Shown one piece after another: positions 33,363-43,706 of a stretch of DNA of 64,000 nucleotides (its first letter is position 1; each line of letters starts with the position of its first letter). The stretch comes from an uncultured bacterium (lineage in GTDB: Bacteria > Bacteroidota > Bacteroidia > Bacteroidales > Marinifilaceae): contig CAJMSX010000012.1 in NCBI GenBank assembly GCA_905216195.1, positions 1,706 to 65,705 on the forward strand. The letters run 5' to 3'. The translations under genes and the position numbers were made by a program. The notes beneath the pieces were generated by a model, which was not told the DNA's origin, made no database searches, and worked only from the letters and a program-made list of their open reading frames with translations.

Positions 33363-33824
33363 TTAACTGTCTATTTGATCCGGTGGAATGGGAAGCCGAT
33401 AGCGGGCTTCGATAATTTCTTTTTCCGAAAAGAAAAAAGCCGTTTCCCAGGCGGCATTTTTTTCGCTGTCGGAGGCATGAATGGCATTCCGGGTGATGCT
33501 TTCTCCATAGAGGTTACGGATGCTTCCGCTTTCAGCCCGGGCCGGATCGGTAGCTCCGATGAATTTCCGGAAATCTGCTATGGCGTTTTCCTTTTCCAAC
33601 ACGGCAGCGACAATAGGACCGGAAGACATAAAAAGGCAAAGATTCCCGAAAAAGGGACGTTCCCGGTGTACGGCATAAAATTTCTCGGCGTCCGACCGGC
33701 TTAAAAACAGCATTTTCAGGGTGAGTATACGGAAACCCGCTTTTTCAATGCGGGCGAGTATATCCCCGGTATGTCCGTTCCCTACCGCATTGGGTTTCAG
33801 GATCGTAAATGTTCGGTTATTCAT
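33363..33824 (-). CDS. ndk: nucleoside-diphosphate kinase
   Basis: 153 aa. RTFTILKPNAV, GPIVAAVLE, NAIHASDS (catalytic His). Confidence 0.93.
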   Translation of the reverse strand: MNNRTFTILKPNAVGNGHTGDILARIEKAGFRILTLKMLFLSRSDAEKFYAVHRERPFFGNLCLFMSSGPIVAAVLEKENAIADFRKFIGATDPARAESGSIRNLYGESITRNAIHASDSEKNAAWETAFFFSEKEIIEARYRLPIPPDQIDS

Positions 33825-34048
33825 CTCTTTTTATTTTGGTGATGCAGCAATTTTATTCCAGAAACGGTCTTTTTTTCAGAATGTTTCGTCTTTTTCGGAA
33901 ACTTCCGGGTGAACCGGAGAACGGTTTGAAAAATAATCCCGTAAACCTGCGGGGGAAGTACGGAACCGGATTGAAGCCTGTCCGGTGAATCCAGCCTGCA
34001 AGGCGTTGGCTGGAGTGTATATCCGGGCGTTTTTATCGGGCGGAACGT

Positions 34049-35818
34049 TTATCCACAGTTTTCCGCCACCATTTCTGCAATATCTTTCACCGGTATGCCG
34101 GCGGATTTCTTGGCGAAAGTCTTTTTGCATAACGGACATGCCGTAACCAGAACATCCGGTTTATAGACGGCATAAGCAGCTAGTGCGTCGGTGCTGATGC
34201 GGGTACGTTGTCCGGCCGTAATATGGGTATTAGCCAGGGAACCGCCGCAACATAAGGAATTTTTGCCGTCGTAGCCGGTCTCGATCTTCCGGCTGATGGC
34301 GCGGAGAACGCGCTCCGGCGCGATATATATTCCACTTCCTCTTCCCAGTTCGCAGGGATGATGAAAAACGGTTCGGTCGTTTGTTGCGGAAGTCTTTAAT
34401 TTACCTTCGGAAATCAGCCGGTCGAGGTATTCCGTATGATGCATAACCGGGATATCCAAGTCGTAATCTTCCCGGAAAGTTTTGTAGCAAATGGGGCAGG
34501 AGGTGACCAGTAAGAGGGCTCCTGAAGCTTTTATAGCGGCTTTGTTTTTTTCGATAATCACCGAAGCCGCCGCCTGGTTTCCAGTCAGACTCATAGGCCG
34601 TCCGCAACAGATGCCTCCGTTTTCGTCTATAAAACTGTAGTCCACTTTTGCTTGTCTGAAAATGTGGCACATAGCCGAAACGACTGCGGGAGTAAGCTGT
34701 CCCATACAACCTGCGAAATAGGCTATTTTCGCAGGTGGGATTCCCGGAGTTCCGATATAGCTGTAAGTGTCTTTATTGATGCGAATCAAATCGGGACGCT
34801 GACTTTGACGTAAAGCATTCAATTTCAGGTCGACGGGACAAGCCGCTTCACAGCGTCCGCATAACAGGCAATTTTCTGTTTGCAGGCTGTAATCTTTATG
34901 ATGTCTGATTTTTTTCAGAAAATATACCGCCTGGGTGTTATTCATTCCCAAAGAGGTATTTAGCTGGCAACGGTCGATGCAGATCCCGCAGCGGGAACAG
35001 GAGTATAATTGGAACCGGCTGAAAGAATTGAATTCCTTGCCTTGGCGGATGCCCCAATTTTTCAGGTAAATATACACGATTTCCGTCGGAATATGCATAT
35101 AACGGGAAAGAGGCAGGAGTATAAAAAAGAGACCGAGGGCTGAAGAATAGGCCCACCAGGCCGGATAAGCCATCGATTCCAGCGGCAGGAAGTCAGCGAA
35201 AAAATTCCCCGAGGTATTCGTCAGAAAACTTCCTCCTCCCCGCAAACCGCTGGTAAAACTTTCCGCCAGGTAGCGTAAGGGAAAAATGAGCCAGAGCACG
35301 GTCAGGATCAATAAATCCAGGGGACGGTGATTGGTCGTTTTTTTTAGTCCTACTATCCGGGAATAAAAGCGTTTGCATAAAGCCAGAAAAAGTCCCGTCA
35401 GTATAAACAGTAAAATCAGGTCTGTTAAAAAAGCGAAGAAATTACTGTAAGGGAAAGTTTCGTTCGCCGGGTGGAAGAAACGGAAAAAAATGGCGAAATA
35501 AGGGGGATTGAAAGCACTCGTATGATACACCATGGATTCCGTTTTCCCCGCTACAATGAGTAAAAACCAGCCCAGGCCGAAACACATATGCATATAGCCC
35601 AAAAAAGGATGAGTCCGGAATATCTTATGATGGACCAGACTTTCCAGGAACACTTCTTTCGTAGCCTTCCAGGTTTTCCGGCTGAAAAGCCCCTTGCGGA
35701 TTTTACGTTTCTCTTCCGGGGAGAATTGTCGGATCCAACGGACGTATTTTACGACCAGAAATATCAGTAAAAGGTTGAGTCCGATTGTAAAAGGCAATAC
35801 AAAACTATCGTAATACAT
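34049..35818 (-). CDS. membrane-anchored Fe-S/CCG-domain oxidoreductase (HdrE/DsrM-like membrane domain fused to HdrD/DsrK-like module)
   Basis: 589 aa. About 260 aa of N-terminal multi-TM region with conserved His, two ferredoxin motifs (CSRCGICIDRC, CLLCGRCEAACP) and two CCG-type domains (ICCGRP...CPICY; LCCGGS...CPLCK). Confidence 0.65.
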   Translation of the reverse strand: MYYDSFVLPFTIGLNLLLIFLVVKYVRWIRQFSPEEKRKIRKGLFSRKTWKATKEVFLESLVHHKIFRTHPFLGYMHMCFGLGWFLLIVAGKTESMVYHTSAFNPPYFAIFFRFFHPANETFPYSNFFAFLTDLILLFILTGLFLALCKRFYSRIVGLKKTTNHRPLDLLILTVLWLIFPLRYLAESFTSGLRGGGSFLTNTSGNFFADFLPLESMAYPAWWAYSSALGLFFILLPLSRYMHIPTEIVYIYLKNWGIRQGKEFNSFSRFQLYSCSRCGICIDRCQLNTSLGMNNTQAVYFLKKIRHHKDYSLQTENCLLCGRCEAACPVDLKLNALRQSQRPDLIRINKDTYSYIGTPGIPPAKIAYFAGCMGQLTPAVVSAMCHIFRQAKVDYSFIDENGGICCGRPMSLTGNQAAASVIIEKNKAAIKASGALLLVTSCPICYKTFREDYDLDIPVMHHTEYLDRLISEGKLKTSATNDRTVFHHPCELGRGSGIYIAPERVLRAISRKIETGYDGKNSLCCGGSLANTHITAGQRTRISTDALAAYAVYKPDVLVTACPLCKKTFAKKSAGIPVKDIAEMVAENCG

Positions 35819-35845
35819 AATTTTTTCCTCGTGCTAACAGAGATT

Positions 35846-36175
35846 TTACTTCCTCATATATTCGACCATAGCCAAGATCATTTTCCGGGTGTCTACTCCC
35901 CGGGGGCATACCAGGAGACATTTACCGCACAACATACATTTATGCAGGTTTTGGCGGGCTTCTTCATTTTCTCCCCGCTTCACCAGCATTTGCAGCTTCC
36001 GGATATTGAATTCCGTCAGTTGTCCTGCCGTACAGGTGGCCGTGCAACCGCCGCAGCCGATACAGAGTTTGCTGCTGGGAGCTTTTTGGGCCAGGTAGGC
36101 CGATAACGACTTGTCGTTTTTATCGTAATCGATCCCTCTGGCTTCCGGAATAGAATATCCCCAAAAATTCATCAT
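35846..36175 (-). CDS. small 2x[4Fe-4S] ferredoxin-like protein (HdrC-like)
   Basis: 109 aa. CIGCGGCTATC and CMLCGKCLLVCP separated by about 35 aa. Confidence 0.6.
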   Translation of the reverse strand: MMNFWGYSIPEARGIDYDKNDKSLSAYLAQKAPSSKLCIGCGGCTATCTAGQLTEFNIRKLQMLVKRGENEEARQNLHKCMLCGKCLLVCPRGVDTRKMILAMVEYMRK

Positions 36176-36190
36176 TTAATCGTTAATAAG

Positions 36191-37207
36191 TTATTGTTTA
36201 AACCAGGCTATAATCTCGGTGGCGGCAGAGCGGGCATCAGCCAGGGTGTCGGTCAGATTCATGGGAGCGGAACTGCATCCGGCTACAAAAATCCCGTCGA
36301 CACCGGTTCGGTTGTTGGCGTAATGGGGGTCCAGGGAACGGATAAATCCGTTGGGAGCCAATTCCAATCCCAATTGTTGTGCAGCTTGCCGGCTTCCTTC
36401 GGAAGATTCCATACCCACCATGAGGACCATCAGGTCCAGCGTCATTCGGATGGGTTTTCCCACCAGTGTGTCTTCCGCTTTGATGATAATTTGTTTGTTC
36501 CTATTTTCGGAAGCTTCCGATAGGCGGCCCCTTATGAATTTGATGTTGTATTTCTCCTGGGCTTCCCGGTACATTTCTTCGTATCCGGGTCCGAACATCC
36601 GCATATCCATGTAGAAACAGAGAATTTCAGCTTCGGGCAGCAGTTCCCGGGTTTCGATGGCTTGTTTGACGGCTGTAATGCAACAGAGCTTGGAACAATG
36701 AAAGTTGCATATTTTTTCATCCCGGGAACCTACGCAGTGGATGAAACCGATCCGTTGAGGAATTTTTCCGCCGGGGAGTGACAGGGTATGATTGCTGAAC
36801 AGATTTTCCAGTTCCAGAGAAGTGATGACGTTCTCGTATATGCCGTAACCGTATTCTTCCTTTCTTCGGGCTTCGAATAGTTTGAAACCGGTCGTAATCA
36901 ACAGGGCGTCTCCTTCGAGCAAAGTCTGGTCGCTGAGTAATACGGTATATTTACCGTTGTCCAGACGGGAGAAGCGGGTGGCTTCATTGTTGATATAAAG
37001 GGTGATACCGGGGTGTTTCAAGTGATTTTTCAGTCTTTCGTTTACTTCTCCGGCACTTTTCCGGTCGGGGAAAAGCTGGTACCAGTTGTTAAGATTTCCG
37101 CCGGTTCCGTTTTCCTTTTCCACCAGGTCTACCCGGATGCCTCCGGTGGCCAGCCGGTATGCGGCTTCACATCCTGCCGGCCCGCCGCCGATAATGATCA
37201 CCTTCAT
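36191..37207 (-). CDS. HdrA-like FAD-dependent oxidoreductase (short form)
   Basis: 338 aa. FAD fold MKVIIIGGGPAGCEAA and the HdrA-type cluster motif IHCVGSRDEKICNFHCSKLCC. Confidence 0.65.
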   Translation of the reverse strand: MKVIIIGGGPAGCEAAYRLATGGIRVDLVEKENGTGGNLNNWYQLFPDRKSAGEVNERLKNHLKHPGITLYINNEATRFSRLDNGKYTVLLSDQTLLEGDALLITTGFKLFEARRKEEYGYGIYENVITSLELENLFSNHTLSLPGGKIPQRIGFIHCVGSRDEKICNFHCSKLCCITAVKQAIETRELLPEAEILCFYMDMRMFGPGYEEMYREAQEKYNIKFIRGRLSEASENRNKQIIIKAEDTLVGKPIRMTLDLMVLMVGMESSEGSRQAAQQLGLELAPNGFIRSLDPHYANNRTGVDGIFVAGCSSAPMNLTDTLADARSAATEIIAWFKQ

Positions 37208-37227
37208 ATTTTTTCGCGTATTAGAGG

Positions 37228-38322
37228 TTATCCTATTGTGTTTTTTTCTTCATTTTTCACTTTGAGATAAGTCGGACAGGCCGGTTCTCCCAAAGATTCT
37301 CCTTTTATGTTGCAATATTTCGTTTCCGGGTTGTAAGCGATGCCCATTTTATCCAGCAGAGGTTCCACGGCCACCTGGTGCATTTGCAAGCCGATCTCCC
37401 AGGGATCGTATCCCAACACCAGGGCGGTCAGTTCTTCGTAGGTAAGTACCGGAATGCCGAAACCGTTGGCGCCGTAAGTAACTCCTTCCATTTCACTGAT
37501 GGTGTATTGCCATTTGTCGAGGAACATGGCGCAGCCGGGACAATTCGCTACGATAAAGTCAGGTTCATAGGCTTGCATGGATTCGAATTTCTTTTTGGAA
37601 TTGGCTACCGAAAATCCCCGGTTGGCCATAATCAGGTAATTACGGAATCCGAAACCGCAACAATGCCTTCGTTCCGGATAATCTATCGTTTCCCCTCCCC
37701 AGGCTTCGATCAGTCCCGAGAGAACCGCCGGAAATTCGGCTCCCCCCACTCCTTTGGAAGGGAACATTTTAGCGTAATGACATCCGATATGATCCACTCC
37801 CTGTAAAGGACGTCCCGAATGAACGTCTTTTAAGGTATAAGCAGCCTGAGCTGCAATTTCATTTCGGAATTTGTATATGATATCCGAAGTATGGGCCAGG
37901 TTTTTGGGTTTGTTGAATTCCCGCCGGGTGGCTTTCCACAGGTATTCCCTGATTTTTTCTTCCATTTCCGGATGATGCTCCCAGGTATCCAGAATCTCGG
38001 TATAGATACCGAAGGAAGTGATACAGGAAGGGGTCATATTCTCATATCCGGCCTCCGTCATCAGGGCGAAATGCCGGGCCACTACCGTCATAATCGTCTC
38101 CACGGGCACCACATCCGAGTGGTAACCGATACCGGTACAGGTGGTATGCCGTGGGTCATCCAGGACTTTTTTATTTAATTTATTCCGGAGAATATCCAGA
38201 TAAGCCCATTCCGAACCGGGAAAGAAAGTTTGCCGGATGCAACTCCGGGCATAAAAATAGTGGTCCTCGGCTATTTCTTTCTGATAGTCTTTCCAGATTT
38301 GTTGTTTTCCCAGAAGATTCAT
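37228..38322 (-). CDS. HdrB-like CCG-domain subunit
   Basis: CCG-domain cysteines (TTCTGIGY, HCCGFGFRN, ANCPGCAMF). I prefer the start at 38322 (MNLLGKQQ), which removes the 68-nt overlap created by the ORF-track start at 38412. Confidence 0.65.
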   Translation of the reverse strand: MNLLGKQQIWKDYQKEIAEDHYFYARSCIRQTFFPGSEWAYLDILRNKLNKKVLDDPRHTTCTGIGYHSDVVPVETIMTVVARHFALMTEAGYENMTPSCITSFGIYTEILDTWEHHPEMEEKIREYLWKATRREFNKPKNLAHTSDIIYKFRNEIAAQAAYTLKDVHSGRPLQGVDHIGCHYAKMFPSKGVGGAEFPAVLSGLIEAWGGETIDYPERRHCCGFGFRNYLIMANRGFSVANSKKKFESMQAYEPDFIVANCPGCAMFLDKWQYTISEMEGVTYGANGFGIPVLTYEELTALVLGYDPWEIGLQMHQVAVEPLLDKMGIAYNPETKYCNIKGESLGEPACPTYLKVKNEEKNTIG

Positions 38323-38344
38323 ATGCTGATGCTGTAATTGCTGT

Positions 38345-39040
38345 TTATTTTTCAGTGTGCGTGCCGTTGTTTTCAGTATATACCTGTATGAAATATTCTT
38401 CCATATCGGCATGTTCCTCTGCGGCTTTTTCCTCCGAACAGCGTTGTATCCGGTTCAGGAAATCGGTGCCTCCGGTGACGTCGAATATGCTGTGGAGTTC
38501 CCGCATGCTTTCGGGGTCCACCTGCCGCAGGGTGCCGGCACCCGACCGGTTATAATTGGCATGCACCCTTTCGTATACTTCTTCGCGGTGGGCATAAATC
38601 CATTCCCACACCGGCCCTTGCTCCGGATGCATTTCCGGTTTTACGATATCGGGAGTGACACAATATCCTCTTTCCAGAATGTTGTGGTCGATTACTTTTT
38701 TTAAAGCATATTGCTGACGTCCCTTTTCGGAGGCCGTAAACAATCCCTCGTCCTGAGAAAGTTTACGCAGGGCCATAATGATCAGCCCCGGCGTATTCCC
38801 GCGGGGACAGCGAGTCTTGCACGACATGCATTCTCCACAATACCAGATGGTATCGGATTGTAACAAATACCGGAGCGCTTCCTCATCGTTGCGTTGTATG
38901 GTGTCGGCAATGATGCGGGGATCGTAGTTGTAAAATTCAGCCGCCGGACAAATGGCCGTGCATACGCCGCAGTTCATGCAGCTGTTTATTCCTTCGATGT
39001 AGTGAATGTCGTTTTTTAATTTTTCGAGTAAATCGGACAT
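38345..39040 (-). CDS. HdrC-like 2x[4Fe-4S] subunit
   Basis: 231 aa. CMNCGVCTAICP and CGECMSCKTRCP motifs. First gene of the minus-strand cluster. Confidence 0.65.
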   Translation of the reverse strand: MSDLLEKLKNDIHYIEGINSCMNCGVCTAICPAAEFYNYDPRIIADTIQRNDEEALRYLLQSDTIWYCGECMSCKTRCPRGNTPGLIIMALRKLSQDEGLFTASEKGRQQYALKKVIDHNILERGYCVTPDIVKPEMHPEQGPVWEWIYAHREEVYERVHANYNRSGAGTLRQVDPESMRELHSIFDVTGGTDFLNRIQRCSEEKAAEEHADMEEYFIQVYTENNGTHTEK

Positions 39041-39270
39041 GTTTTACGGGTTTTGAATAATCCCTTCAATCGGGTATACTCTGTCAAATACAAAATTAGA
39101 GTTAAAAAGAAGAGGGTTAAAGTGAGAAAATGCGTATTCGTAATGTGTATTTATACTTAGAAAAATAAGGTGTTTCCTTTTGTCACCCTCTCCGGTAACC
39201 CGCTGTCGATCGTAACCGTTTCCCCGGTTTTCGCGTATAATATTGATATTAATTATTTAAATTTAAGCAA

Positions 39271-39849
39271 ATGAATAAGTCAGTAAAGGGAACATTGACC
39301 GAACAAAATTTATTGAAGGCTTTTGCCGGAGAATCTCAGGCTAAAAACAGGTATACCTTTTTTGCCGAAGTAGCCCGGAAAGAAGGCTATGAACAAATTG
39401 CCGGCATTTTTTATGAAACGGCCTTACAGGAAGAGACCCATGCCAAACGTTTTTTCAGTTACCTGGAAGGGGGTATGGTCGAGATTACGGCCGCCTACCC
39501 GGCAGGGGCCATACTGGATACTCCGCTTAATTTACAGGAAGCCGCGGAAGGTGAGTTCGACGAATGGCATAACTTGTATCCCCTGTTCGGACAAATAGCT
39601 GCCGATGAGGGTTTTGCAACCATAGCGGCTCTTTTTCGACATGTAACGGAGGTGGAAAAAATGCATGAAAACCGATATTTGAAATTATTGGACAATCTCC
39701 GGGCCGGTCTTGTATTTTCCCGGCCGGAAGAGGTGAGATGGTATTGCCGGAAATGCGGTTATGTACATATCGGAAAAGAGGCTCCTAAAATTTGTCCCTC
39801 CTGTTTACATCCTCAGGCTTATTTCGAGTTGTTTCCGGATAACTATTAA
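39271..39849 (+). CDS. rbr: rubrerythrin
   Basis: 192 aa. Diiron ferritin-like EEThA and EKMHE motifs plus the C-terminal rubredoxin CRKCGY...CPSC. Confidence 0.92.
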   Translation: MNKSVKGTLTEQNLLKAFAGESQAKNRYTFFAEVARKEGYEQIAGIFYETALQEETHAKRFFSYLEGGMVEITAAYPAGAILDTPLNLQEAAEGEFDEWHNLYPLFGQIAADEGFATIAALFRHVTEVEKMHENRYLKLLDNLRAGLVFSRPEEVRWYCRKCGYVHIGKEAPKICPSCLHPQAYFELFPDNY

Positions 39850-40068
39850 CCCGCCACAAAATCGGATGAATTTGCGCTAATCCGGCTGGTTGTGATGCCC
39901 GGCCGGATTGTTTTTACCGGAATACCGTATTGGAAAAGGAGGACAGCTTCAGGGAAGGAAGAAAGGAAAAGGATGATTTCATGCAGAAAAAATTGCGAAT
40001 GGGAAATTAAGTTCTTAGATTCGCAATTTAAAATAAAATGAAAAAGTCTTTACTCTTCATGATTTTGT

Positions 40069-40809
40069 ATGAAAAAATATGATTTAAACGGTTTTAATAT
40101 TATAGAATTTGAAGAGCTGGATTCCACCAATACCCGGGCGACGGAATTGCCGGAGAGGGAGTTAGCGGATAAAACGGTGGTGATGACCTTCCGGCAGATG
40201 CAGGGTCGGGGACAGACCGGAAATAAATGGGAAAGCGAGCCTTATAAAAATCTTTCGGTAACTTTTGTGTTGATGCCTCAACGCTATGATGCCGCCCGGC
40301 AATTCGCATTTTCGATGGTTATCGCTTTGGGTTGCCGGGATTTTATTGCCCGTTACACCGGGAATTGCAGCATCAAATGGCCTAACGACGTGTATGTAGG
40401 GGATCGGAAAATAGCCGGAATTTTAATTGAACATCATATTTCGGGGCGTTATATTCATCGCTCCCTTTGTGGAATCGGAGTGAATATCAATCAGCGGAAG
40501 TTTGTTTCCGATGCGCCTAATCCGGTATCCTTATTCCAACTGACCGGAAAAGAGATGGATCTCAAACAGACGTTGGCTGAGTTCCTGGGCTGTATGGCGC
40601 ACCGATACGGGCAGATTTACGACTATGAAAAATTGGAAGAGGATTATTTACGTTATCTTTACCGAAAGGAAGGGGAGTACCGATGGGAAGACGGGGAGGG
40701 CGCTTTTAGGGCTTCCGTGGCAGGAATAGACGAATACGGCCGGCTGGTATTGAAAGATGAGTCGGGATGTATCCGCAAATACGGATTTAAAGAAGTGGTG
40801 TTTAAATAA
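40069..40809 (+). CDS. birA: biotin--[acetyl-CoA-carboxylase] ligase (no N-terminal HTH)
   Basis: 246 aa. FRQMQGRGQTGNKWES, KWPNDVYVGDRKIAGILIE. Confidence 0.85.
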   Translation: MKKYDLNGFNIIEFEELDSTNTRATELPERELADKTVVMTFRQMQGRGQTGNKWESEPYKNLSVTFVLMPQRYDAARQFAFSMVIALGCRDFIARYTGNCSIKWPNDVYVGDRKIAGILIEHHISGRYIHRSLCGIGVNINQRKFVSDAPNPVSLFQLTGKEMDLKQTLAEFLGCMAHRYGQIYDYEKLEEDYLRYLYRKEGEYRWEDGEGAFRASVAGIDEYGRLVLKDESGCIRKYGFKEVVFK

Positions 40810-40820
40810 TATATGCAACT

Positions 40821-43508
40821 ATGATACGACTGATAACTGGCCTGTTGACGGTAGTTTTGTGGAGCGGGTGTGTCCATGAAACCCATTTTATCACCGATAA
40901 AGAGTACCGGGAAACGGTTGAACGGGACTTTGAAAACAAAAAGCAACTGTTGGGAAATGCTCCCGGGGATTTGTTCGCTGTGTTCGAACGTCCCATGACG
41001 ACGGAAGAGCGGGAAGCTTTGAAGTTTTTATACGCTTATTCTCCTCTGATCGATCTGACGGTATACGGCGGTGACTTTCTGTTGGAAAATGTGCGTATGT
41101 CACTGAAAGTGAAAGAAGAAATGCCTTGGGGAGCAAAGATTCCCGAAACCGTTTTCCGGCATTTTGTCTTACCGGTGCGGGGACACAATGAGAGCCTGGA
41201 TTCTTCCCGCCTGGTATTTTATCGGGAATTGCGGGACCGGGTAAAGAATTGCAGCTCTATGGAAGAAGCGGCTTTGGAAGTGAATCACTGGTGTCATGAA
41301 AAAGCGATTTACCGGCCTACGAATGCCCGTACCTGTGCTCCTTTGACCATGACCACCACCACTTACGGGCGTTGCGGAGAGGAATCGATTTTCGCATTGG
41401 CGGCGTTACGGTCGGTAGGTATCCCGGCCCGTCAGGTATATACCCCCCGTTGGGCTCATTGCGATGACAATCATGCCTGGATCGAGGTGTGGGCGGACGG
41501 TACCTGGAAATACCTGGGCGCCTGTGAGCCGGAACCGCGTTTGGATATCGCCTGGTTTACCGCTCCCGTCAGGCGGGGATTGTTTATGGAAGCCCGGGTA
41601 TTCGGAAAATATCCGGCCGATGAAGAGATCGTTTCCGTAAATGCCAACCTGACGAGTGTGAATGTAACCGGAAATTATACCGATGTGAAAAAAGCGGTAG
41701 TAGAGGTGAAGGACCCGGAAGGAAAGCCGGTGGCCGGAGCTTTGGTGGAATATAAAATATATAATTACGGAGAATATTATTCCGCCGTAAAATTGAAGAC
41801 GAATGCCGGAGGTTTGTCTTCTTTGACCGGCGGGTTAGGCGACTGGATCGTGTGGGCCTCGAAGGTGGGCGCCTTTGGTTTCGGTGATCTGAGGGCTGCC
41901 CGAACCGATACGGTTCGGATCGTATTGAATTGTAAAGGCCGTGAGACTTACCACCGGGTATACGATATCGTTCCTCCCTCCGAAAAAGAGTACCAGGCCT
42001 TGGCTACCGACGAAGAAAGAGCGGTTAACGACAGGCGACTGATGTACGAAGACTCTGTGCGGAATGCGTATATAGCGACTTTTATGCCGGAAGCCGAAGC
42101 TTTCGCTAAAGCCCGGCAGTGGGGATATGAACCTGAGGTCATCGCCCGTTGTGTAAAAGAAGCCCGTGGCAATTACGGGGAAATTTTGCGGTTTTTGGAG
42201 TATGTGAATCGGGAACGGGTTGATCGGAAAGACCTGGCCGGCGATTTGCTGGCGGGATTGGTGGAAAAGGACCTGCAGGATGTTACGGCTCCTGTATTGA
42301 TCGATCAGCTGGAAGGGGCGATGAAATATGCCGGACAAGTCCGGGAGCCCGGATATCGTGCGACCGGTTATGCCTATTCCGATTTCTACCGGGAATATAT
42401 ATTGAATCCCAGAGTAAAGAACGAGATTCTGTCCGCTTATCGGAAGCCTTTAGAAGCTTACTTGGAAAAAGAAAATATCAATTCGGTGGAAGAATTGCTC
42501 CGCGCGATGAAAGCTCTGCGGGTAGTCGATTCCGTAAATACCATCAATGTGGCGACTCCTCCCGCAGGCGTTTTGAAGGCGATGGTAACCGACAGCCGTT
42601 CCCGCGATCTTTTCTTCGTGGCCGCCTGCCGGACGATGGGAATCGGAGCCCGGCTGAATCCATTGAACGGAAAGCCGGAATACAATCTGGGCAAAGGATG
42701 GATGCCGGTGGCGTTTTCACCGGAACAACCGATTGCTGCCAAAGGGGAATTGATGATCCGGAATATCGGGCCGGCGGTAAAAGATCCTGCCTATTATACC
42801 CATTTTACCTTATCCAAGGTGGAAGACGGGACGGCCCGGCTGATCGACCTGGGAAGTAGCGGCGAGGTCGATATGGGGGGAGGATTATCTTATTCCGTTA
42901 TCTTCAAGCAGCCGGTAAGCCTGGAAGAAGGCCAGTATATACTGGTGACCGGTAACCGCCGTAGCGACGGTTCCGTGTTGTCGGATATCACCGCTTTTGA
43001 AGTGAAAGCCGGCGAATTGACGAAGGTGGATATGAAAATACGGGATGCTTCCGAAGAGGTGAAGGTATTGGGCAGTATTGATCCCAAGATGGAATATGTA
43101 CCGGAAGGCCGTGAAAAAACCTCTCTGCTGAATTTACCGGGGCGGGGATATACCGCTCTCGCTTTCATTGCGGCTCATAAAGAACCAACCAATCACTTAT
43201 TGAGGGATATGAGCGGCATGAAAGCCGATTTTGAGCAAAAAGGTATACCCTTGTATTTTTTATTTGAAAATTCTGAAGAAATGAAAAAGTTTTCCCGCCA
43301 GGATTTCCGGCCTCTTCCCGACAATATGTATCTCGGCTATGATGACCGGGGGAAAATCATGCATATGCTGAGCAGAAAATTACAACTTAAAAATACAGGG
43401 AATTTACCGTTGATTTTGCTGGTGAACCGGAAAGGAGAAGTGGTTTTCATTTCTCAGGGTTATCGAATCGGCCTCGGAAATCAGATATTGAAATTTATGA
43501 ATTTGTAA
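40821..43508 (+). CDS. large transglutaminase-like domain lipoprotein
   Basis: 895 aa. Lipobox-like VVLWSGC and a Cys-His-Asp core context TYGRCGEESIFALAALRSVGIPAR...CDDNHAWIEVW. Confidence 0.7.
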   Translation: MIRLITGLLTVVLWSGCVHETHFITDKEYRETVERDFENKKQLLGNAPGDLFAVFERPMTTEEREALKFLYAYSPLIDLTVYGGDFLLENVRMSLKVKEEMPWGAKIPETVFRHFVLPVRGHNESLDSSRLVFYRELRDRVKNCSSMEEAALEVNHWCHEKAIYRPTNARTCAPLTMTTTTYGRCGEESIFALAALRSVGIPARQVYTPRWAHCDDNHAWIEVWADGTWKYLGACEPEPRLDIAWFTAPVRRGLFMEARVFGKYPADEEIVSVNANLTSVNVTGNYTDVKKAVVEVKDPEGKPVAGALVEYKIYNYGEYYSAVKLKTNAGGLSSLTGGLGDWIVWASKVGAFGFGDLRAARTDTVRIVLNCKGRETYHRVYDIVPPSEKEYQALATDEERAVNDRRLMYEDSVRNAYIATFMPEAEAFAKARQWGYEPEVIARCVKEARGNYGEILRFLEYVNRERVDRKDLAGDLLAGLVEKDLQDVTAPVLIDQLEGAMKYAGQVREPGYRATGYAYSDFYREYILNPRVKNEILSAYRKPLEAYLEKENINSVEELLRAMKALRVVDSVNTINVATPPAGVLKAMVTDSRSRDLFFVAACRTMGIGARLNPLNGKPEYNLGKGWMPVAFSPEQPIAAKGELMIRNIGPAVKDPAYYTHFTLSKVEDGTARLIDLGSSGEVDMGGGLSYSVIFKQPVSLEEGQYILVTGNRRSDGSVLSDITAFEVKAGELTKVDMKIRDASEEVKVLGSIDPKMEYVPEGREKTSLLNLPGRGYTALAFIAAHKEPTNHLLRDMSGMKADFEQKGIPLYFLFENSEEMKKFSRQDFRPLPDNMYLGYDDRGKIMHMLSRKLQLKNTGNLPLILLVNRKGEVVFISQGYRIGLGNQILKFMNL

Positions 43509-43706
43509 TCTTTATCCGTTTCGCAGGATCGGGTATTCCGAACCAGGAAAACCGGAGAAACCGAACGGACCGCTTTTCCGGGAAAACGGTCTGTTCGGTT
43601 TTCCCGGTTTGTGATGATGCAAAGGACCGTTTTCTTTTTTCGTAAATATTCGTCCAGTCGGTTAAAAACTTGTACTTTTGCTTTCGCAGAATAAAAGCAT
43701 AAAAAT

